Source: Octopus vulgaris | Lineage: Eukaryota | Length of the DNA stretch: 64,000 bases | Direction of reading: 5' to 3' | Assembly (NCBI GenBank): GCA_951406725.2 | Contig: OX597819.1 | Span: 125,674,001-125,738,000 of the forward strand | In this document: positions 53,290 to 64,000 of the stretch, in pieces | Layout of the letters: each line of letters starts with the position of its first letter | Position numbering within the stretch: the first letter of the stretch is position 1 | The notes under the pieces: generated by a model | What the model was told of the DNA's origin: nothing | The model's database searches: none | What the model saw: the letters and a program-made list of their open reading frames with translations, nothing else | Program-made: the position numbers and the translations under genes

Positions 53290-53880
53290 AATGATGGTGT
53301 TGGCAAGTTTCATGCTGCGTTCAGTGGTACGCAGTCGACCATCAAAGCTTGAGAGGGAAGGAAAATGAGAGAGAGAGGGAAGAAGGGAAGAGAGTGAGAC
53401 ACAGAGACAGCAAGGCGGAAAGAGGAGAGGAAAAAAAAAACAATAATAAACAAAAAAAAAAGATAGGAAGCATTGCTCTGTTCACGTGTCGACACTATTT
53501 TCCAAAATGGTGTCATATTTTGGGGCCGATTGGTCACAGTTGAGCGGATTCGGAGGAGAAAACTCCAGAATGCTGTTAATCTATTAGTATGCATCTTCTC
53601 ATTATGCCTGCCAGTCTTGGTTGGCTTTGCACGTATGTCTTATTCGTTTCGTATGTTTTATCTTGCCCGCCCCTGCGAACGTTGCCCTGTTGCCACCAGA
53701 AGTGTTTAACAAGGCCGATCAATTCATGAGTTATTTCGATGGCCAAATGCATGGTGGGCCTCAAAATGGGACGACTGTCTGCTGACTGTCCAGCGGTTTC
53801 GCTTGAGAGACGACGTCGCCGATGATGAGGAAAGTGAAGGATAAGTTATTCCGTGCTGCTTCGAGGAGTGCAAGGATGGG
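53290..53880 (+). other. Candidate first or 5' exon region of an unknown host transcript
   Basis: Unique, GC/CpG-richer sequence ending in a strong donor GG|GTAAGA at 53881. Short ORF MMRKVKDKLFRAASRSARM from 53822. Confidence 0.22.
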
Positions 53881-53980
53881 GTAAGAGATATTAAACAAAA
53901 AAATGGGTGGAGTCATTCAGCTATGGCACACGTGCCACACCTTTATTACGAACGTATGCACTAATATCATCACACTTTTG

Positions 53981-54027
<47 letters not shown>

Positions 54028-54529
54028 TCCTTCTTTCTTCCTTTCTTTCTTTTCATATTAATCTCCATTATTATTCTCTCGCGGCACCCGTTTCGCCAGT
54101 CAACATTTTTGGAAGAGCGAATGCAGCGGAGTTACGAAGTGTAGGTACAAAAGTATAACAAATATGGCGTTACTTAAACACGTGACGGCCGAAATCTACG
54201 ACAGCAGCGGTTACGACGGCAACAATAACAACAACAACTATATCATCAACAATAAAAACAGCAACAACAACAACAACAGCGATGGCTACGATGAGTGGTG
54301 TAAGGTCGAATGTAAAGTGGTGTGAACCGGTATCACAAACTGTTATGCACGACTGATTCAAGCTTTCACCTATGATAGATGGAGGCGGCGGTGGCTGGGG
54401 GAGATGAGGATGAGGCAGTCGGTGGTGAGTGGGTGCCGGGTCCCAGTCTGTGGTTGTAAGCTTCCCGCCCCTAATGTCTGTCTGCTGCATTTGCATTATC
54501 CCGGATTAACTTCATAATATCATTTTCGT

Positions 54530-55412
<883 letters not shown>

Positions 55413-55757
55413 TGTTATTGTTATTGATGCTTAAACCAAGAAATTTTTGGTGTCATCATTTCTTGTGATCCATGATTTCGAGGTGTGCGAAAAACAAACT
55501 TTTGTCATTAGAAAAAAAAATAGTAAAGAAAAAAAAACAACCAATAAAAACAACAATAGCAATGACAACAACCACAACAATAAAAAGAAGAGTAAAATTA
55601 TTTGTTTTAGTTCGAGTGTTTCTTACTAAAATATATTTCCCTGTGCGTTTTCTTTTTTCTGAAGTTCTATTTAAGCTTTTCCCCTTTAAGGAAATATTAC
55701 TTGGACAGGTAAATTAACATTTTCATAAATAAAAAAGATTTTGTCTTACCTACACCT

Positions 55758-56173
55758 ATTTCTTTACTACCCACAAGGGGCTAAATACAGAGGGGACAAA
55801 CAAGGACAGACAAACGGATTAAGTCGATTACATCGACCCCAGTGCATAACTGGTACTTAATTTATCGACCCCGAAAGGATGGAAGGCAAAGTCGACCTCG
55901 GCGGAATTTGAACTCAGGACGTAACGGCAGACGAAATACCTATTTCTTTACTGCCCACAAGGAACTAAACATAGAGGGGGCAAACAAGGACAGACACAGG
56001 TATTAAGTCGATTACATCGACCCCACTGCGTAACTGGTACTTAATTTATCGACCCCGAAAGGATAAAAGGCAAAGTCGACCTCGGCGGAATTTGAGCTCA
56101 GAACGTAGCGGCAGACGAAATACCGCTAAGCATTTCGCCCGACGTGCTAACGTTTCTGCCAGCTCGCCGCCTT
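55758..56173 (-). mobile_element. SINE family A dimer
   Basis: Head plus two units. Partial TSD TTGTCTTA. Confidence 0.9.
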
Positions 56174-56489
56174 TGTCTTATACCATTGACAATAAACAGA
56201 AGAGTATATTGTACAAGTGTTACAAAAAAAGTAAGCACAATCTCGGCTATTTGAGAAGCGGTAGTGCACCTATACATATACATACAAATACGCCCACGCA
56301 CACAAATACGCACATTAACAAGCTTAGACACACAGGCACACTTACACACACATGCATTTCATAGGATGTTCGGACTAAATTTGACAGTTTGCATAAAAGG
56401 AAAAGAAAATACAAATATACCATGCAAAAATGAAAGTATTTTAAAATATCAAAATATATCCACCAGATTACGGCTGGAAGATAACGGTT

Positions 56490-56686
56490 TACTCAAAGTA
56501 GTCCTCTTAGCTATCACCACAGCCTCAAAATGGCTCCGAAACTTCGTAGGTGCGCTCCACGCTGTGTCCCTGAGAAAATCTTCGAACACCTCCCTCATTC
56601 TGACCACCAAATTGGCATCGGTGTTGCAGCCAGAGTGGTTGGTGTTTTTCTCAACTGTGCCCCACGCATAGTAACCCATCGGATGC

Positions 56687-56764
<78 letters not shown>

Positions 56765-57860
56765 CACACACACACACACGCACACAACACACACACGCAC
56801 GCATGCACACACACACAAACACACACACACGCACACATGCACACACACACGCATGTATGTATATGTATATGTGTAAAAGGGTAAAGACCCCCTTCGGTCA
56901 TGAATGACCATGGGATTGCACCTAGAAAGTTACCCTCCTAGACACAAGTCCGAGCAAGGTTGTTTATGGAAGACCAGTAGTCGCCCATGCATACCAGCCT
57001 CCCCTCTCCACGCCACCAGTGTTATCCAAGGGAAAGACAAAGGTCGATACAGCTTGGCACCTGTGACTCATTTCTACAGCTGAGTGAACTGGAGCAACTT
57101 GAAATAAAGTGCCTTGCTCGAGAACACAACACGCAGCCCGGTCCGGGATTCGAGCTCACAACCTCACGATCGTAAGCTCGACGCTCTAACCACTGAGCCA
57201 TGTATATAATACACATATACATAGCGGTCCGGCAAAAACACACACATAGAATAAGTACTAGGCTTACAAAAGAATAAGTCCTGGGGTCGATTTGCTCGAC
57301 TAAAGGCGGTGCTCCAGCATGGCCGCAGTCAAATGACTGAAACAAGTAAAAGAAAAGAAAGAAAATATGTGTGTGTGTGTGTCTGTGTATATATGTGTGT
57401 GTGTGTGTGTCTGTGTATATATGTGTATGTGTGTGTGTATATGTAACCCATCGGATTACAATCGAGGCCAAAAAATCGTAGTTGGTGAAGTCGTAGAAAT
57501 TCGCCGACAACCATTTCTGACTCTTTCTTGAGGTATGGCAAGGACTCGAATCCTGCTACCCCACATATCACCTTCTAGCAGCAACCTTCTCCAGCCAGGT
57601 TTTGACTATAGTCTCCAGCAAATTCACATAGCCGTGTGGACTGAGCCTAAGGCTCTACAAAGATTTGGGAATTCCGGCGTGCGGACCGAACCAGAACGCC
57701 TGCTGGGTCCCTTCTTGCTGGTCACAGCTTCATAATCTCCCTTGCAGCTGTCCATGTCATATCTTATAGACTTTACAGTCTTCACAGAATACTGAGCTGA
57801 AGTCATGATTGCAGTATTTCGAGACCTGACGCGAATCATTACGATACGGGCACTAGCTCG
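56490..57860 (-). mobile_element. DD37D (maT-like) transposase remnant, internally deleted and split by an insertion at 56685-57442
   Basis: QDSSPCHTSRKSQKWL...DCNPMGYYAWGTVEK...FRSHFEAVV. The 14-bp GTAACCCATCGGAT is duplicated at the break. Confidence 0.8.
56878..57205 (-). mobile_element. tRNA-headed SINE (family-B-related head, distinct tail)
   Basis: Head TGGCTCAGTGGTTAGAGCG..GAGCTCGAATCCC, tail ending GACCGAAGGGGGTCTTTAC. Confidence 0.7.
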
Positions 57861-58574
57861 AGAATGAAATTTGCTTAGGGGGTGCAAACCCAGGTCCAAA
57901 ATTATTTACAAACAAGGTTTTGTTTATTTTTTTTTGCTATTTTTGTGTTTTGTTCTTAGAGAAGGAACCTAACTTCAAGCTACTTTTTACACATCACTTT
58001 TTATTTACCGTTTTCTAAACCTGAGGAAAATAAGTAGGGCTGCAAATTTTGGTTTTGCACTCCGTAAAAATTCTAGAGGGTGCACTTGCACCACCTGCAC
58101 CTTCTGCACCCCCTGTTCCCGGGCCCATGGATACAGGCAACTCTTTTCCAATATTCAAATGGCTTCCAGTCCTCCGTGTCAGCTAACTTTTTCTCAACTA
58201 CAACTTCAATCTTTTTGCTCTCCGATGCCATTGACTGGTCACCAATATATCAAGCTGTTCCTGCAAAATGGAGAGACAAAAATTCTTCAAATTTAATATA
58301 TAGGTTGCATTAATTTATATATAGGTTGCATTAATAAAAATGTCTAAATTTATGCGTATATACACGGATAAACACTCACGTATAGTTGCTTTATATGCTT
58401 ACACACAAACACACACACGCACGCATGCACACACAGCTACACGCGCGCACACACATGTATGTATATGTGTATTATGTATATATGTGTGTGTCTGTGTATA
58501 TCTGTGTATGTGAGCATATGTGTATGAGTGTGTGTTTATGTGTTTGTGTGTGTGATATGTATGTGTGTGTATAC

Positions 58575-58620
<46 letters not shown>

Positions 58621-59006
58621 CAAAATGTGACCTCGTGTGTACCGTTGGCGATTTTTTTCCTCTGTCTTCCCTTCTCTGGATCTTTCCTTCTCCTATGTTT
58701 TCGACGAAGAGCTCCGCTCGAAACGTTAAACCCTCCTTCTTCCCTTCTTTCCTGAGCGTCTAATAATACTATATTTGTTCCACGTCCTCGCGTTGCTGTG
58801 TTTTTTTTGTGATTTCTTGTTTGGATTAACTTATATATATATATATATATATATATTGCTAGAAATAAGAGTCAAAGAACTCTTAGCCGCAAACAGAGCA
58901 CAATTATATTCACTGACAAGGGATACTACCTCTCTCAGCATGCAGGAGCACCCTATCGATCGGCCGATTTCGGATAAAATTGATCCTCATCGGTGACGCA
59001 CACACA

Positions 59007-59037
<31 letters not shown>

Positions 59038-59408
59038 GTATGTATGTATTATGTATCTAATTATTTATATACATACATGTTATGCATGCATGTATGTATA
59101 TATCTCTTCCCCCCTCTCTCTCTCTATCTATCCATCTATATACATGTATATATACTATCTAACCGATCTCCATTATACAAAGTCATTTCCTTATCACCAT
59201 TAATCATCACCATTATTGAAATCCCATCGAGGTCTATTATTTTTTTCTTATACTTGTTTCACTCATTAGAATGCGGTTAATATTCCTCGTTATGGGCGTC
59301 GATAATATAAAGTACCACTCAAATCATGGGTCTCATATAATTGATTAAGCCCTGGGCCTATGGCAGAGGCACTTACTGTCATCCTCATAATAATAATAAT
59401 AACAACAA

Positions 59409-59448
<40 letters not shown>

Positions 59449-59618
59449 AACAACAATAATAAGTTCAAGTTCTGAGTTCAAATTCTGCCGAGATCGACTT
59501 TGATTTTCATTCTTTCGGAGTCGATAAATTAAGTACCAGTTGCGTACTGGGTCGATCAAATCGACTGGGGCCCTCCTACAAAATTTCAGGCATTGTGCCT
59601 ATAGTAGTAAGGGTTATC

Positions 59619-59673
<55 letters not shown>

Positions 59674-59674
<1 letters not shown>

Positions 59675-60229
59675 TGCCCTGATGCAGTACCAGGCAGTGG
59701 CTCTCGTGGCTTCTGATCTTAACTGATTGGAAGTGTTATCATGTGCATTGTTTTGTCTTGGTATAAAAGATGGGCTACAGCAAATATTCTGCTCAATACC
59801 ACGGATTTCCTTGTCAGTTGTTTGATCTTAACTAGTTGAGCATGTCCCTTAGTGACTGACGATATGTGCATCTCTGATCACGAGCAGAAGTAGTGGGGGA
59901 GCATCATAGCCATGTGTTGAGAGGGATTCTTTGGGGTTTGAATAGTTCACCTCTGGAAACATGGGTGTTTTGTTCAACATCCTTAAACAACCCTTATTCA
60001 GGGTCCTTTTGAACAGGATGGTTTACTCGACCAGAAAAGAATTCCAACTGGACCCCACCTGCAAGATCATGCGCTGTTCATCTTGATATGAGATCACCAT
60101 GTGTCGCACACATGGTTGTGATGCATGTGCCTAGTGTACCCTTATCAGACGGGTAGTCATGATGGGTATACTGGACTTCGTATATTTTACCTCCGTGTCA
60201 CTTTGATGGCATGCACTGCTCTTTCGCCC

Positions 60230-60302
<73 letters not shown>

Positions 60303-60853
60303 GCCCTGATGCAGTACCAGGCAGTGGCTCTCATGGCTTCTGATCTTAACTGATTGGATGTTATCATGTACATTGTTTTGTCTTGGTATAAAAGATGGGC
60401 TACAGCAAATATTCTGCTCAATACCACAAATTTGCTTGTCAGTTGTTTGACCTTAACCAGTTGAGCATGTCCCTTAGTGGCTGACAATACGTGCATCTCT
60501 GATCACGAGCAGAAGTAGTGGGGGAGCATCATGGCCATGTGTTGAGAGGGATTCTTTGGAGTTTGAATAATTCACCTCTGGAAACATAGGTGTTTCGTTC
60601 AACATCCTAAAGCAACCTTATTCAGGGACCTTTTGAGCAGGATGGGCTACTCAACCTGAAGAAAATTCTAACTGGGCCCCACCTGCAAGGTCATGTGCTG
60701 TTTATCTTGATATGAGATTACCATGTCGCGCACATATGGTTGTGATGCATGTGCCTGGTGTACCTTTATCAGACGGGTAGTCATGATGGGTATATTGGGC
60801 TTCGTATATTTTACCCCAGTGTCACTTTGATGGCATGAACTGCTCTCTCACTC
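59674..60853 (+). mobile_element. Two head-to-tail copies of the ~556-bp (AAT)n element (59674-60229, 60301-60853)
   Basis: Same termini as 28688-29243, separated and flanked by (AAT)n. Confidence 0.9.
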
Positions 60854-60897
<44 letters not shown>

Positions 60898-60979
60898 TAA
60901 AGGCGGCGATGTAATCGACCTAATCCCTTACCCCAAATTTGAGGCCTTGTGCCTCCAGTAGAAAGTATTATTATTATTA

Positions 60980-61196
60980 AAGGCGACGAGCTGGTAAAAT
61001 AGTTTACACGCCGGGCAAAATGCTTAGCGGCATTTCGTTCGCCTTGACGTTCTGAGTTCAAATTCTGCTGTGATCGACTTTGATTTTCATTCTTTCGGGG
61101 TCGATAAATTAAGTACCAGTTGCGTACTGGGGTCGATCAAATCGACTGGGCCCCTCCAAAAAACTTTCAGGCGTTGTGCCTATAGTAGTAAGGATT
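60980..61196 (+). mobile_element. SINE family A2 (family A head and core, different tail ending in (ATT)n); truncated copy 59465-59618
   Basis: Shares head and core with family A up to GGGGTCGAT, then ...TTGTGCCTATAGTAG(T)AAGG(ATT)n. Confidence 0.8.
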
Positions 61197-61599
61197 ATTA
61201 TTATTATTATTATTATTATTATCATCATCATCATTTTCTCTTAATTTTGTCTCCGTTTCTTGCCGAGTGTCTTCCCGATACCTGGGGCAAGAAACTCATG
61301 TAGGTAGACCATTAAAACACACACACCAGACTGTTAATTTACAAATTCATGTGATAGAAAAAAAGTGGAAGAAAGAAAGGAAGAAAAGGAAAGAAGAAAA
61401 AAGAATACGAAAAATGAAAAAAGAAAACAAAAAAAATAATGGGGTGGGGGGGCAAAGAAAATTCACAACGACAAAGCTCTTATAATCATTATTATTGTTG
61501 TTGTTATTGAATTTTCGTTGATTTCTTTGTTTTATACGAACTGTTTTAAGTCTCATCCAGAGATCTCAAGTAACAGCAAGTTAGGGATTTGGCTGTTGG

Positions 61600-63350
61600 T
61601 ATTATTTATGAATATCAATGAGATATTTCAGGGAAGCAAGACCACACACTGGAAATTAAGTTCCTGGTAAAAATTTGCTGTAATATTCGCAAGTCTGAAC
61701 GATTTTAAAAGAATCAAGTATGCCAAGGTATTTCTATCCTTCCTTTTCAATTTGCATATGTCTCCTCTCTTTGGTAATTGTATCCCTGGCAGAGACTGTA
61801 CTTAGCCCCTTTTCAGGCTCATTATACCACACTTTTTGAGTTCGAATTCCATCGTAATATTAGCACTAAAACAGTGGACAGTGTTCACTTAGGAACTCAC
61901 CTGTATCTCATCCTTGCCATACTGTTTTGTTTGTTCCTTCTCGAGCCACGCCTGGCTCATAAGGGCCGGTTTCCCGGTTTCCTTGGCGTATAGCTTCCCC
62001 ACCTGGACGGGACGCCGGTCCGTCGCAGGTGAGCTGCAAGATGCAGGAGGAAAGAGTGAGAAAAATTTGTGGCGAAAGAGTCTGCAGAAGTTCGCCATTA
62101 CCTTTTGCCGGAGCCGCGTGGAGCTTAGGTGTTTCGCCCATAGACACACACACCACCCAGTCTGAAATTCGAACCCGCGATCCCTCGACCGCGAATCCGC
62201 TGTTCTAACCACTAGGCCATGTGCCTCCACATCCTTGCCATACAACTTCAAATCATCCATGAAGAGGAGATAGTTGATTCCTAGAGCTTTTCCTTTATAC
62301 TGATATCCCAGGTTTAATTTTCTCAGTGCCAATGTCAGAGAATTCATGCAAAGTACAAAATGCAACAGGGATAAGCTATCTCCTTGGAAAATCCCTCTCC
62401 TGATGCTCAAGGTGCCCAAGCTTTGTCTGTACGATGTCAACTCAATTTTCCAACCCACCATACTTCTCTTCAGAAAACGTTACGTTCTTTGCAATTTCAA
62501 GCATATCTTAGCACTCAGTGCTCCACGAATGTGGAATCATATCGTAAACTTTGCGGTAATTAACCTAGGCCATTCCCAAATTTGTCTTCCTTCACTTACA
62601 ATCTTGCATTACCATTTTGCCTGTCGATAGTTGGTCTTTGGTACCTCTGCATCTCCTTCTACAACCTTTTTGTTCATTGGTAAAATGTTATCATCAAGAA
62701 ATTTGGCCCGTAATCATTGGTAGAATTTGAAACATCCTTCAAGTACAAAACTGTTCGTCCTTTAGTCGACCACCCTGGAATTTCTTCTGCTCCATCTATC
62801 ACTGCATTAAGTTGCACTGCAGTCAATTTATGGAACCTACTGAACATTTTAATCCAATATCTCTGTACTCCATCAGGTCCTGCTGCTTTCCAAATGCTCA
62901 TCTTTTCTCTCATATTTCTGATACTGTTCTCAGTATAGAGGATAGCGTCTTGCTGGGGATAAGAAGCCATTTGCTTCAGTCCCCAAACCGTCAACGTTCA
63001 TCTGCATCAGGAACTAATCTTTTACATGCTAATCCATCATTAATTACTTGATAATTTCTGATTTTAAGCCAGAAACCATTAGCCATTGATGGGTAAGGGC
63101 TTTGTCAACATCTGCATTATTCACTCTCTTTGGGTATTTGCCATTGAGAGGTTTTTCTTGCCATTTATCAGTCAGCAAATCTAAGGCAACAGTTTTAGAA
63201 CGGGTTTTCATGCGCTTAGATTTTTCTGTGCTTGTTTCTAGTAAGTCTAATTCTGGAATTGTTCTCTCAAAGCAGCAAGGATGTGGCTTTTCAGCTCTTT
63301 TTTGCCCAGGTATGGTAACGATGGGTATCTCTTGCTGCAGATTATCAGAG
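61600..63350 (-). mobile_element. Decayed R4/Dong-type RT fragment (different family from 19125-21830)
   Basis: WKAAGPDGVQRYWIK, GRTVLYLKD, IRRGIFQGDSLSLLHF, LLFMDDLKLYGKD, FELKKC. Confidence 0.88.
61923..62230 (-). mobile_element. SINE family B (tail type 2) nested in the RT with a 13-bp TSD
   Basis: TSD ATCCTTGCCATAC at 61910-61922 and 62231-62243. Confidence 0.9.
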
Positions 63351-63679
63351 ATTTATCACTTATGCTTTCATTCCATTATGGAATTTTCATCGAGTGTTTT
63401 TTTCTTTTTCACCTACTGCCAGCCATGATATGCAATACATGCAAGGGATGTTAAAATCAAGTTACGCCTGTCCCTGGTTTCTAATGTTAGGAAAAGCCTT
63501 GAACTTGACCAATCTCATTCTCTAAATAACAAATGAATTTGCCTAAAAAGAACTAGAAGTCGCAGGTGTTACATAAGAGTCTTTCTTTTCCTGGAGATAT
63601 GGCTATACCATGACAAGGAGTCTCTCAATACCAGCCGTTGGATGGTCATTGACTCTACTAAGTTTATATTTTTTTTAAA

Positions 63680-63923
63680 TGTTCCTTCTCGAGCCATGCC
63701 AGGCTCATAAGGGCCGGTTTCCCGGTTTCAGTGGCGTAGAAATTCCCCACCTGGACGGGATTCAGGTTCGTCGCAGCATTTTTGCCAGCTGAGTGGACTG
63801 GAGCAACGTGAAAATGAAGTGTTTTGCTCAAGAACACAACGCATCGCCCTGTCTAGGAATCGAAACCACAATCTTACGATCATGAGTTCAACACCCTAAC
63901 CACAAAGCCATGCGGCTCCACGA
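63680..63923 (-). mobile_element. Family-B-related SINE with tail type 2 but a different central block
   Basis: Tail matches 61931-62030. Centre has CACGTTGCTCCAGTCCACTCAGCTGGCAAAAATG, as at ~32810-32850. Confidence 0.75.
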
Positions 63924-64000
63924 CTAAATTTATTTGCCCTTTGATAGCTTCCTCATTGTCAATGACAATCCGTCCATGACCGCTTAGATAACCATTCAGT

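Noticed and set aside
61889-62461. 190-aa RT with a novel C-terminal domain
   Set aside because: The frame reads from the Dong RT into a nested SINE bounded by a 13-bp TSD.

Overview
AT-rich, microsatellite-saturated eukaryotic DNA, probably intronic or intergenic. The SINE families and repeat landscape look like an octopod cephalopod (Octopus), which is an inference. No intact, recognisable host gene is present, and nearly all ORF-track entries are microsatellite read-throughs. The window is a layered mobile-element landscape. It contains Merlin-like GG-TIR MITEs with 8-bp TSDs that carry telomere-like (TTAGGG)n, decayed R4/Dong RLE-type LINEs in (AAT)n, Tx1, RTE and CR1 3' ends, Tc1 and DD37D remnants, hAT and Helitron derivatives, three tRNA-headed SINE families and a tRNA-Asp pseudogene. 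The main signals are at the RNA level. (i) At least five families of small (TA)n-embedded, Penelope-like elements carry type I hammerhead ribozymes with canonical and variant cores, including a back-to-back twin-hammerhead palindrome at 39012-39184. (ii) A tRNA-headed SINE inserts as head+[~181 bp]n multimers whose junction joins the RNA 3' end to the loop of its own hairpin. (iii) An RTE-derived bipartite element has a pseudoknotted 5' RNA and sits next to its partner LINE. (iv) A ~556-bp (AAT)n-specific element is twice followed by the same Dong breakpoint. All alignments and folds were done by eye, so coordinates of decayed elements are approximate.
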